In this document: in pieces, positions 37,813-55,490 of the stretch
How positions within the stretch are numbered: position 1 is the first letter of the stretch
Layout: each line of letters starts with the position of its first letter
DNA from: Hyphochytrium catenoides
Lineage: Eukaryota > Protista > Hyphochytriomycota
Reading direction: 5' to 3'
Length of the DNA: 64,000 nucleotides
NCBI GenBank assembly: GCA_900088475.1
Contig: FLMG01000135.1
Coordinates: forward strand, 124,430-188,429
Translations under genes and position numbers: made by a program
The notes under the pieces: model-generated
The model's database searches: none
What the model was told of the DNA's origin: nothing
Seen by the model: the letters and a program-made list of their open reading frames with translations, nothing else

Positions 37813-40800
37813 ATGAACGTGCCAACGTCAAACTCTGCTGTTTCTGAAAGGGACACTCCCCAGGACCACAGTCAGACAACTATGTCGCCGGAACTGCAAG
37901 AGCCTGCCGGTGCGGAAGCCCCTGAAGCCAGTGTCCGTGGTCCTCAGCATGGGCGGATAGCGTATCAAGGTGAGGCCCTTAGCAAACTGGTGCTTCTGCT
38001 GGAGCTAATGAGGTGTTCCATGTAGGAATGGATCTGAAAGCTGCATGTCTAGCACAGGACTTTCCAGTCGTTGTCTTACTTTGGGGAATGGCCACCGCTT
38101 CAAAGTATGCCTCCTGTCCCACACAGGTTCACTGCCCCGATTCACGGTCTTAACGTTGTAGGACTGACCTCATGGTATCGGACGGGGACGGCAACAGCCC
38201 TTTTCATTATGCTGCTGTGGGAGGTTCTCTGGCAATATTGGATTTCTTCGCGCAATGCGTAAACTTCAATCCTAAGCCACTCAACCAACAAAATGAATGC
38301 GGCGAGACCCCTCTCATGTACAGTTCCCTCCATGGCACCCTCTATCCCACCTACTGTTCTGATTCCTAACAGTAAACCTTGTTGACTTTCTCCTCTCTCA
38401 GTTCCCTCGTTACAAAATCTCTCCGTCTTCTTTTGCACTCCTTCCCTATTCCGCCTTTTCTCACTCTTTAGACTTCTTGCTCTATCACGTGCTGATCCTC
38501 GCCTTCTTTGTTATAGGTGGGCAGGAGCTGCAGGCAATTTGGAAGTTGCTCATGCCCTCATCTTTAATGGAGCAAACCTCTTTTTGAAAGACAAGAATGG
38601 GAACACGGCCATACATCACGCCGCAAGGCACGGGAGACTTTGGGTTCTTCATTACCTATTAGAGAAGGAAGAGGAATACTGTCAACGGGCCCTGGAAAAG
38701 GGAAGAGCTTCCGGACTGGATGTAAGAAACATTAGTGGAAGTGGGTGCTATCTAATGTGTCTTGACAGTGAAGCTTTTCTAATCCGTCTTCACCGTTAGT
38801 GTTGTCTCCTGCTCCATGATGGTCCTCCCTCAACGCGTCGCTTTTGTGAACGCCCTCGGTCCGCTGTATCTGATCACAGTCGTTTACACTCGCCCTTCTC
38901 ACCAACCAAGTAGGTTAGTAAGAAACTGCAGCCCAATAGAATGGGTTCCACCGACAACAACGGAAACACTGTTCTGCACTGGGCGGCTTTTGGAGGTATG
39001 TACTCCAGGTCAATCAACGTGGTGTTCCCTTTGGCTTTTAAGTCTTGTTTTATTATCATTCTTTACTGTCTTACCATTCAATGCAAGAGTAACGCTAATC
39101 TTCGCATCGTGCAGGTGCGGTGGAAGTGGTCTCTTACCTGGTGGAGCACCGTGGAGTGAATCTAGAAGTGGCAAATAATTTGGTACCTTAGACTTCAGGC
39201 GACCAGATCTGGTTGTGGAGTTCTTTTAATATCTGTCATATAGGATCAGACGGCGCTTCACTTCTCAGTGCAAAGGGCCCAAGTTGAAGCTAGCCGCTTC
39301 CTCTTGAGTAAAGGGAGTGAGCCCGACTTGGCCGATATAAAGGGGACTTCGCCAAGAGAAATGGCTCTGAAGACAGGGTGAGTGCATCTGGACACTTGGG
39401 AGAGAAGTGGATTCTACAAAGGCTTAGGAGGCTCCTGCATAAGGCTAACTCACATTAATAGGGATCAGGTACTCGCTAGCATTTTCGCGGCCCCTCGACC
39501 CTCAGAAAGCTTCTGGGAGAGAAAGGGACAGAAGACCGATGTTGGCAGGATGCTGAAATCGTCGATGTGGACTGCTCTCGTGTTCGTGACCTCGTTCTTC
39601 CTTCCTCCCTATGCCTGGGTGCTGGCAGCTATGGGTATTCTTTTCCTTTTATTAAGGAGTACTATATTTATTAAACACTCTCACGGTCCGAAGGTACGAA
39701 CCCTTGCTTCTAGCTCCTAACTTAAGGAACCTGTAGACTCTTTATACTTTCGCTTTTTGCTGCGGGGTCTGTATGACTGTTGACAATTCGCTCTGTCTGT
39801 GGTACGTTATCAGACACCAGAAGCCCCAGAAATGCATTCCAACATCCAAATAGATCGAGTGCTTGAAAAAGAAAAACCTTGCTGTCAGAGCAAGATGAAC
39901 CTCGCAAATCTAACGAAGGCAAAAGATGAGCGTATCGTAGGGATCTGGCTAGGGTCAGTCCTTTATGCGTCCATCCTCACGGTCTACCTCTTCATCGAGA
40001 GAGTATCTCGGCCTTCGACAGTCACGAAGTCATCGTCTTCTCATCTCTTAGGAGTAACCCAACGTGTGGAGTTCTCCACATCCTTCATCCCGTCATCCGT
40101 CCTTTGCTGGTTGCTCATGTTTCTCACGCTGGCCACTTGGGTTCCTCTGACTGTGTTAAACAAAGATCCGGGGCTTATCAAAACAGCCGATAGAGACTTG
40201 CCTAGGATGCTGGAGCGTGCCAAGGCGGGACTTCCACAGTTGCCAGAATACTGCACAACGTGTAAGGTGGGAGAAGTTTAGGTGCATCCTATGGTTCAGA
40301 TGTATTATCATAGGTAGCCCATTCTTTCCTCTCTTATTTTAAACCATCATTCTTTCTTCGCCGTCGTTCACCTTCCGTCACAAGTTTGACCCTCTCGCAT
40401 CCAGCCTTCTTCTAGGTCCGTTTCTGCATTGTTGGTGCTAAAATTGTTAAGCGCAGGTTAGGAAGCCGCTGAGGGCCAAGCATTGCCGGTTCACTGGTGG
40501 CTGTGTAGCCCGCTACGACCACTGGTGTAGGTTTCTTACCTGTTTCTGAGCGAATGCAATCACCTAACCTCACGGCAAACCTGCGCTCCCCCTCGCCTCG
40601 TTTAACACTTTGCCCCTACTGCCCAATTTGCCTGCTACCAAAGGCGTATGGATAAACAACACGGTAGGCTATGGCAACCATTCCCTCTTCCTCATCTTCT
40701 TAGGCCTCCAGGTAACCAGCATCTGGTGCATCGTTCTTCTTCTGAGCACTGGTAAGTAGGCGTTATAGTTTTAAGGTGTGAGAAAGATTGACCATAAGGT

Positions 40801-41502
40801 CAGGATGGCATTCTTGTGTTGACTGGGCTTTCCTACTGTTATAGTGCTCGTAGATGAACTCGAGGGGCAAAATTGGTGTGCCAAGCTGGAGTTGCTCTAT
40901 GGTCCTCTTTACCCAGTTGTGCACTTCCTACTATTTTGTCTGCTGGCCGTCCTATGGTTGTCTACCCTGCTTTATACGCAGGTGAAGGGAGCAGTAAGTC
41001 TTAGCTCGCTATCTAATTTCTTTGACGGTTGCAGCGTGCCTTCTCCATCTTCTATGCTACGATAGAGAGGTTCGACTTGGCACGACGCCTTTCCTATTTC
41101 TTCATCGCTAGAGATCCTAGTAGGTCCATTCTCTCTTCGGCCTACGTCGTGCCTTTCTTGGCCGTTGCCTTACCCTTGTTATCCTCCTTCTATCGTTTTA
41201 TATTTGCAGGCCCAAAATCTTACAATGAATGAAGCTACGCATTGGAAAAGGCTGTCCTATTTGAACAAGGATGGCATTCTGCGGAATCCATTCAATAAAG
41301 GTGACGGAAGACATCATTAACCCCAACGAAGGATGTGCTAAACCTCACCATACTTCCAGGCGTAATGGCCAACCTGATGGAGCTGTTCGGATTAGACAAG
41401 AGCATTAACTACTTCGAGACGTACGAATTGCCGCACGGTGCTGACGATGCCGCGGATCAATGCGAAGATCATGACTATTTACTGGGCAATGCAGAGGTTT
41501 AG
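37813..41502 (+). CDS. Ankyrin-repeat DHHC-family palmitoyltransferase (Akr1/ZDHHC13/17-like) with a DHWC motif, multi-exon
   Basis: Ankyrin repeats (GNSPFHYAA, GETPLMWA, GNTAIHHAA, GNTVLHWAA), TM segments, DPG, YCTTCK-VRKPLRAKHC...CVARYDHWCVWINNTVGYGNH, NLTMNE, NPFNKG. Confidence 0.92.
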
Positions 41503-42983
41503 GTTGAACCTAGCGCCATGTCAAAATTTTAGAAGCATACGCAGGCTTTCTCCACCTATTGATGTGCTAATAGCAGAGATATCTTTCAGAAACCATGGCA
41601 AAGGTGAAAGTAGCCTTGCAGAAGAGTATTGCCGAGGCTTGGCTGACTCCAGCGTCACCTCCGCTACGTCCGGCTAGCAGATCTTGGGTCCTCATAAATG
41701 TCAGAACCAACATGGATATCGCTGACCTTTTTGGGACTCATTGATTCATCCAATGTCTTCAGCAGCTATGTCGAGCCCTTCTCCATCGTCATCATTGGAG
41801 GAAGAACAAAAAGGCGGAGGCCCGGAAAGCTTTTAAAGTGCACCAAACTGAAGGTGGTCATTGGTTGCTCCCATACTTTGGCAGGTGCCATGAAGGAGTC
41901 CGTTCCATCATCGCTTCGCTTCTATATCGTCATAACATCGCCTGGCCCAGCAGCAGCTTGCCTGGCCCTTGGCCGTCTTCTTGAGGCGGCTGGCGGCTGG
42001 TACATAAGGAGGAGCTCGAGACTCTTTGCCCAGAAACAGCGAACATGTTGAAGTTCAAAGGTTCAGCCTTTGTAAGGATTCCACAGACGAAACGAAATAT
42101 TAAGCAGCATAAAGGCTATAATCTGTAACATGAAAGTTCCCAACTTGGAAGCTTTCGCATCGCGAACACCAGCGCAGACTCACAAAAGGCCATTGACCTC
42201 CTCCTCTCCGCTTCCCTTCTACTTGTTGCTTGCCTGACTCATGCTAAGGCGCGGCTTGCCACCTGCACTGCACTGCGCTGTGCATCATGCTGAGCTTCCA
42301 TTGCAAGCTCTCTCCTCTCTTTCCTCCCTGCGCTCGGGGCGCCTACACCATACCACTATGAAGGGTGGGAGGATTGGTGTGGCGGACAATCCAGTAGCGC
42401 CATTGTGGCCACACTGGTCATGTCCCAGCCTATGCCGCAGCAGATCCTCCAGTGTCCGCTCCTCGACCCAGTTCACTCCTCTGATCCCTCTTCTGATGAT
42501 GGTAAAGAAGGATGGAGAACAATGAAGAGATCGAGCGAGACCCCTCCTCCACCCACAGGATAATCCAACCCGTTTCCTCTTTTCTAGGAAGCGGCGAACC
42601 TTATCGAACTGCTTCCGCTTACTTAAACTCATTCACCTGAACAAGTACACGCCAGGTCCTCCTGGCATTGGCGCCCATCTTGATTTAGACATAGCGTCCT
42701 CGACCTTTCTACTCCCATTTTATATAAAGTTATATAAAGAGAGCAAGCACCAATTGTGTTCATCAGCTGCTTCCGATTGCATGCTTACAGAAACTGGAGC
42801 CGGCAATGTTCCGGGGAGCGGTGAAGTTTAAGCTGTGAAGAGTGTCAGGTCATTTACCTTCTGGAAGAGACGAGTCCAGCTGCGCGTAGCTGTTGAACCT
42901 CAAAGTTGGTGCGGCCCTATCTTTAACTAGACCATAACAACAATTGAAGCAGCGCCAAGCAGCGCTTAAGGCGAAGGAGTAAC

Positions 42984-44147
42984 ATGACTCTTAAGGGCGT
43001 GCTGCACACTTGGCGTGAAAGGATTTGCCCTCTGCAAAGCAGACGCGCTAAAGCGGGAAAGACGCTGGGATGGCTCTTCTTTCGACCTCATCATCTCTCA
43101 CAGCGTTCAGAGCGCGCTCTAGCTGTTCTGGGTCGAATTGGATGGTTCTTCAAGGCGCTGATATACAGCGTTATTGGTGGTCTGGCTTGTGACAGCATCA
43201 CGCTGGACAAGCCTCACAATCAGTCTCCACAGGGGGTCTTCATCTTCGTGTCTTCTGGAGCTGAGGGCGTTGGAGTGCTTTTCCTCATAATCGTTCTCGT
43301 GGGCGTCCTCATGTATGCATTCTGGAGAATCGTGGAGGGCCTTGTGTGGCAAGGTTACACCCAAGACTTCAGCAAGAAGAAGAACTTCTTTAGATACAGG
43401 CTCTCGCCTTTGGTGAGCGGAGGAGTCTATCTCGCGTACGCATACGGAATTATCCAGATGTTGAAAAGAAGAGGAAACGGAGAAGATGCCGAACAGGCAG
43501 CTCATGAGCAAAACAGCAAGGGCTGCTTTCCCAGATGCTGGCGCGACACCGGGATCGGCATTTTTGGTCTCTTCGTACTGTCCCTAGCACTTTTCTGCGC
43601 CTTTATCTCACAGATCATTCCAATGTATACGGGCCACTTTATGCAAGAGATGGTGGAAAGCATCTACGATAAGAAGCAGCGATGGGCATTCTACTTAGTG
43701 CAATACACAGGGAGGGTGGGATTCTTTGGCCGAGCGTTGATGTTCTTGTTGATTTCCATCACCTTCGTTAGGGCAATGACGTCAGATCCCATTAAAGAAG
43801 ACTCTGACATGGATACCTTCGGTCAAGCTCTGGACCATTGGCGGCGGTACACACTGGGGAAGATAGCCCTGTTTATAATGGGATTCTGCCTTGTGGTCTA
43901 TGGCCTCTTTGCTCTGCTGTGCATTAGGTACAAGCGATTTCCCACCAGGTGGCTTGTAGAGCCTCCCAACAATTCTTCGGGCGAATACGATGAAGAAAGT
44001 GGCCGTGTGACGTCAGTGATGGAGAGTGGAGCTGCGGATTCAGAGGACAATGATGAGCCCAAGACCACGGTACCTTTCTCACCTTTGCACACTCCCTCAT
44101 CGCCATCAACTACAGAACAGGATGTCTACGTTGTGCCGCAAAAGTAG
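42984..44147 (+). CDS. Intronless multi-pass membrane protein, DUF1206-like
   Basis: 387-aa single-exon ORF with repeated GRIGWFFKALIY...G...YAFWR and GRVGFFGRALMF...GQAL...YGL units typical of DUF1206 repeats. Confidence 0.72.
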   Translation: MTLKGVLHTWRERICPLQSRRAKAGKTLGWLFFRPHHLSQRSERALAVLGRIGWFFKALIYSVIGGLACDSITLDKPHNQSPQGVFIFVSSGAEGVGVLFLIIVLVGVLMYAFWRIVEGLVWQGYTQDFSKKKNFFRYRLSPLVSGGVYLAYAYGIIQMLKRRGNGEDAEQAAHEQNSKGCFPRCWRDTGIGIFGLFVLSLALFCAFISQIIPMYTGHFMQEMVESIYDKKQRWAFYLVQYTGRVGFFGRALMFLLISITFVRAMTSDPIKEDSDMDTFGQALDHWRRYTLGKIALFIMGFCLVVYGLFALLCIRYKRFPTRWLVEPPNNSSGEYDEESGRVTSVMESGAADSEDNDEPKTTVPFSPLHTPSSPSTTEQDVYVVPQK

Positions 44148-45242
44148 CTATAGAGTTAATACTCCCGTCCTCAAATTTCTGCTATGTTTCCGGGTAATTA
44201 TAGAGTATATTGTCACCTGGTGGCGTCTATTGAGATACTGATGAAGTTGAAAGCTGTTTGACCCAGTTAGGATCTGAGCCCTCAAACTTAAAAGTCTTAC
44301 TTAATGCGCGAAGAGTCAATCCTCACTACTCTGAGAGGGGCATCGAGAGGAACCTTTTGTTCTACCATGTGCGAGCAATCCGATGACAGTNNNNNNNNNN
44401 NNNNNNNNNNNNNNNNNNNNNNNNNNNNNNNNAGTCGAAATGGGGCCCTTCTCTAGGTCTCTATATAAGATTACCTGGTCTTTCCTTTGACTTGGCAAAA
44501 AGTATCGAAGATCAGCTGCCCCCTTCTTGAGATGCGCTCGGAAGAAAGCCAGAGCCAACAATTAACGAAGAGTCACGAGCTCCTCATCATCGCCCCTCCT
44601 ACCTCGTACGACTGTACTGAAACAACGAAGATTTCTCTATTTTGGCTGATGAGATCTCTGAAAGATGATGAGCAAGAAATACATCATGAGGCCGTTAGCG
44701 GCTAGTCGTAGCTCTTGGGTTCTTGTGGCCTCAAGTTGCCCATCACCGGCGGGTGGGAGAGCTGGGTAGTGAGGAGTCACATACTATTACGGCGAGGGTG
44801 GATGGGAATGAGGAAAACCAGATGGTCCCCAGGATCTTTCTGGTTCCAAGGTGTAAGTATATGTCCACTCTCTTCTCACTGTCTCTCTGTGTCTCTCGTG
44901 ATTCATGTCTCTCAATTCTCTGTCTCTCCGATTCCTATCTTTTAACTCTCACTTCAATATGTCTCTTTCTCTGTCTTTTCTCCGTACGTTTGCACTCTTC
45001 CTTGGCTGTAATATCTATGGTTACATCTCTTGTCTCAAGGAAGATGTCGATCTGGCTGTCTTCGGATACTATCCACCCACCGTCTGTCACAGGATCAGAT
45101 GCCCAGGAAAGAGCGCCCTAGGCCAGACCCAGAAACTGCTTTGCTCTGATCATTGCCGCGAAGGAGGTACGAGGCTGACAGAGCTGGATAGTGCAGTGAG
45201 AATTTAGACACGAAAAGGACAAAGCGGCTAAGGCAAGGAGCC

Positions 45243-50484
<5,242 letters not shown>

Positions 50485-50542
50485 AAACGTCAACATACTC
50501 AAAATCATGCAGTATATGTAATAAATACACTCTGCACTCCAC

Positions 50543-53500
50543 TCAGTTCATTGTGCCCCGACAGGTGGCAGCACCACAGAAACAAGGAATCTTCTTGTCT
50601 TCAATCGGGAACTTGTAGTCGTAGCAGAGCTCTTCGCCCGAAGCGATATCTCTCTTTGCATAAATAATGATCTTCTTCTGCCCGCTAACTTCGATAATCT
50701 TCGTGTAGCAGTTTGGCTACAGATTGGATGTCAGCAGAGCACTCATCATCCTCACAATCAATAACAGACAATTGTGATCCTGGCCTACCTCACAGCTATG
50801 ATTGACAAATCGAGCGAGAGACCCTTTTTTGGTTGCGTCGATGACAGTATTATCATCGACTCGAAACATGTAGTCACTTCCTATCTGCTGCCGCGAATAG
50901 AGCTTCTCCCGCTTATTAGCCACAGCATTCCCAATGACTTCTCCACTACAGAAGAAGTTAGGCTCGCAACCGACCGTACTATCAAGCGCAAGACCGCACC
51001 GGTACTCCAAGACCATCTCATCCGCCGCAAGAGGCTCCTCCGCAAATACTCCCCAAGCATGAATCTTGCTTTTCCCTGTGAGAAGAGGTTGTGCACCCTG
51101 CGGTCTCAGTAAAGGCTAACAATACAGTGTAACTAGTGGGGAAAAGAGCACCCACCAAATCGCAACTTTTTTTTCCGAGACTGGAGTTGATTGACCTGAA
51201 GTAACGCAGATACCCCTGATAGTCTTCTGCCTGGTTCCTGAAGCCGCCCCAGCGCGAGGTCATGGTCTCTCCTCATGCGGCGCTAAGATATACAATTTCA
51301 GGCATTATTTCCCGGTGGCTCATTTATTATATCTACCTGGGCTTGGCGCTGTGCACGAGAGCTGGCAGTGTTGGTAGCCGTAGTAACCTGCTTAGAAATA
51401 GTGGGCTCCGATTCTTGCCTCGGTTTGGCATCATTGGGACCAGAACGAGAATCTGTCGACTTGGTGGTCAAGACAGGGGCCTTTTTTGCCAAGTTGTGAA
51501 GCTGCTTGCTACAGGAGATAGGTCAGGAAGCCTCATGCCCGAGCCATTTCGCTAACCGGAAGACTTACAGTCTCGTAGGATCATAAGGGGTCAGCCTTGA
51601 GCACTTGAAGCTATTTGGAAGGAACTGAAAGATTGCGTCATCTTGATGTTCTTTTGCGTTGAAGCCGAAGGGGTCGGTTTCCGTACAATGGGTGCAGGAA
51701 CCTAACAAAATACAATTGCTCAGACAGCAGAAACGGAAGATAAAAGCACTTCGAGTGGAACGGGCCCATAGTTGAGAGGTATACTGGATGCTGGCCGTTA
51801 CCTACCTACAAGACAGTCAGGACACCTGAAGGCAGTGAAGTCGGTGCGATCAAGGTTTAACATCATAGTGGTGAAGATTGATTGCAGCTTGCTTAGGAGG
51901 CCATCGGGCTCTCCCTCGTCAACTCGTGGAAAGCTCTGAGTGCCCCCTTTCATGAGTTTGGGTTTAACGAGCTGGTAAACCCATTGCCCATCCTTAGAGT
52001 TCAGTGCATCAACGTTAGCACAATGTCAGCACTGATATTGATGAGGCCCTTGAAATGTGATTCTACCTGGTAGCACCACTGTAAGGGGGGGTCGCAGGAA
52101 GCTGGAAGAGGAACTCGGCGATGGCTTGTCCATGCGCTTGTCCTGCTCGCTAGCTCCTCTTGAGCAGAAAATGCTCGGCACCTTCTGCAGAGCCAGGATG
52201 TGGGCTGCAGACAATCGTTGGCTGGGTCTGTTTCAGCTGACTTCAAGGCCTGAGGAGTGCCAAGATAAGCATTGGTTGGCCCTGCACAGGCACTTTTTTG
52301 TAGCTCATTGTCACTTGGACGAACCACTCCATCCGAGATGGAAATGGAGTGTCCGTTTGTGTGGCCGATACCCACCGGAGGGCCCGATTTTGTAGTTTGG
52401 CCCGAATAGTCGTTCCCACCACTTTCACCATTCCAAGGTTTTCCTTGGGCCTCTCTGTTCGATACAATGGAGGTCGTGCAGTGTCCGCCACGGTTAAACA
52501 GGCAAGTTAAACAGTGCATGTCCCAGTGGCATAAACTTGCGTAGGCGCCTACCCTATATCGCCGGATGATGTTGTGGGCAGCTGATCTCCTTGCCGCGGA
52601 ACATCAAGTAGTGCTTTCCATCTCTTCACCAGGAGCCTGGCTGCTTCGGCCACCTCCAGAGAAAAATGTCGCTTAAGCTTGGCCACAGTTTTCCCAAGCC
52701 CCGATCTCTAGGGGTTGGGATAAACAAGATACGATTAGAGGGTCGCAATGGCAATGGCCATCTTGATTCATTGCAAACCTTAAGTTGTCCAAGTGATATA
52801 TCGTAAGTCGATAACACTTTCAGGGCTTCCCGAAGTCTGTTGGAATACTTAGGGATGACATCAGAACCACTTCTTCAGCAAATGTGCATCACTGCATCAT
52901 CACACCCCTTACCTTCTCTCCTGACTTACGAGCAAGCTCTTCTAACTTATCGCGAATTTTCTCTACTGGGTAATCCAGCTCTTTCGGGCCACTTCCTGCT
53001 CCATTCTGTGGTAACCTTTCTTCTTTTGCTTTTAACGAGAGCTGTCCAGTCCCCTTGTCTTTCGATAAGGAAGCCTTTTTCCATTTTGTGCCGTCTGATA
53101 GAGGCCAGAAGAAAAGATATTCGGTGAGCTGACAGGATATATGGAAGCACGGATATTGCGTCAATCTACCTCCTGAAGCTCCAATGGAGGAACGACGGCG
53201 TTTCCGAGATCGCCCATCTACTGTGGTATCACGCCTGGGGGAAGGGCAGCCCGGCGGTACGTCCGAGCTATGGCCTTCAGCAATCCGCTCTGGGGGCGAG
53301 CATAAGTCACAAACAAAGTTCTTAGGATCTGATTCACGGGGCAAAGATAACCCTGACGTGCTCTTCAGACACGACAAATGAAAACGCTCTCCACACTCCG
53401 CACATTCCACCTGAGTAAAGTGCAGAGTAAGTTGCCTTAACCAGAGCTAGTGGGACTGAAATGAGGCATACATTGTCCGGCCCACAACCCACATATCCCT

Positions 53501-55490
53501 GAGGTCGTCTGCATACGCAGTAGAGGGCTTCGTCCGGGAGAAGGAAGAGACTATACCGCGATAAGCTCGAATGCACCTGCATCACACCCGGGGAGCTGTT
53601 AAAATGTTTTTTCGTTAAGTGAGGATGAGAGTTATGACAACCTTAATCCACTCTCGAGGTCCTTGGTCAAACTCAATTTCAAACATTCCAGTCACAGGGG
53701 CATAAGCAACAACCAGCCCAGCCTTTGTGCTGCTTTTCCTGGCCGCTATTACTCGCCGACCAACCAGTGAGATCGCAGTTAATCTACTGACTGGTGGTGA
53801 CTGTCCACAAATTTGGGTCCACAACGGCAGCTGAATCAAATCATCTATATTGGAAGCACGAATGTGAATAGACTCCTTTGGTGATTATAAAAGAACTGTT
53901 GCTTTCACACCTTGAGATGCCACTTCTGCGCAACCCGAGTGACATCGATAGCCACATTGCTGGCACGAGATTACTGCCAAATCTTGCCCAAGCAAGCCGC
54001 AGCCGAAGCAGTATTCTTCCGGGAGCTCTACTTGGTTGCAGACTTCATTAAGCAAAGGCTGATGACGAAAGCGCAAGTGTCCGGAGTCAAGCTGTACCCA
54101 AGGAGGGCGGGAGTCCTATCAGTCCTGCCGCACCCTTTATGGGGGCGCCATGTTGTAGGCTTACCAGATCAAGGTTAACCCATACAATCTCTCCATCGTC
54201 GAACTCTACTTCATGCTGCTTTATGCTGGAGTTGTAAGACTTGATGGTGGCCTTCTGCCAGACACGCTCTGCCGGTACCCATATCTCGACGCTGGTGCCA
54301 TCAAGGGCACCGCCTCCTTCCTGAGGGTTCAGCCGGAAAGGGTCTACAAGAATCAAACTGTTAGAGTCATATCACACAGCCTGGATGACGACTTACGAAT
54401 TGATGGCCGCGGTATACAAGATCGTCTTCGCTGAGCCTCCCGGAGGCAATATCGGCAGCTACATGAGCCTCTGCAGACTAAGCATGGCACAGCGACCTCC
54501 ATCAGACCCGGGAGGTGAGATCCTACGGCATTGCTGACATCGCGCGACAGACAGGCGTTGCAGAAATGAAGCCTGCATTCCGGATTGCAGCACCTAAAGC
54601 CGTTCAAGGAATAATCGATGCGACGGCAGAGATGGCAAAATTCAACGTTCTCCTCTGGTGTGCTAGCAGCTAAATCCGGAAGAGGATAGTAGATATCATC
54701 CTCAAGACAGTAGGCATGGCTGACGAAGAACCTGTAAGGATAAGGATTTTCTGCTAATAGAGTATTTCTAGACATGTGGCACATGCCAGCCATCTTGACT
54801 GCTTCATGAGTGTCTCTTGCATCATGAATTGCAATGATCTCGCATAAACGGATAATATCCGTCCGACTCAAAAAGATGCTAAGGGGTTCATGGCTCTCGG
54901 CACTCTCACTTAAGAGCTCAGCTGGCTTCCTGAGGGCGACCTCATAAGCCACTAGAGGACCAGCAGATAACAATCAGAACTCAAGCTCACCGCCTTCGTA
55001 GTGCTTGAAACACCTCAAAAGGTCCATGGCATGCTGATCTACCCGAGGCTGTCTGCTCTGGTGTCCAGTAGCGGACCGCCTCCACAATCTCTTGTCCTGA
55101 CCTTCAATGAAACGGGGTGAAGACACCAGCGTCAACAAATGAGCGCTCCATCCCATATAACGTAGGAACGACGAACCTGCTTGTGTATACTCTCACTACC
55201 TTGGCGATAGAGCACTTTAGGTGTTGCCCAAATTCTCGCCTAGCGCCATACTTGGAAGAGCCTTCAGCTATCATCAAGCATGTGCCAGGAACGAGCGGCT
55301 CCTTGTAGCAGTGGTCGTCGGTGATCTCCGACATTGGATCAGTTGCTGCTTCCGAAGCTGAGTCAGGGTGTGCATCTACTCCTTCAAGTTTCAGTTTTTC
55401 AGAACAGGGAATGTTGAGTAAGCCTTTGGCCTTCATTCCCAAGCCATGTGGTTCTACGGGCTGAGAGTCTTGGGTTCCGTAAGGGTCCAT
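50543..55490 (-). CDS. SET1: Set1/SETD1-type histone H3K4 methyltransferase with BAH, zf-4CXXC-like, Tudor, PHD and TFIIS-N domains, multi-exon; start codon tentative
   Basis: n-[14 protein letters not shown]...[21 protein letters not shown]...[33 protein letters not shown], post-[16 protein letters not shown]. Upstream exons carry the reader domains; most joins were traced in frame. Confidence 0.8.

Noticed and set aside
41560-42900. Intergenic block with short ORFs, possibly transposon-derived
   Set aside because: No recognisable transposase or Pol motif, and no terminal repeats.
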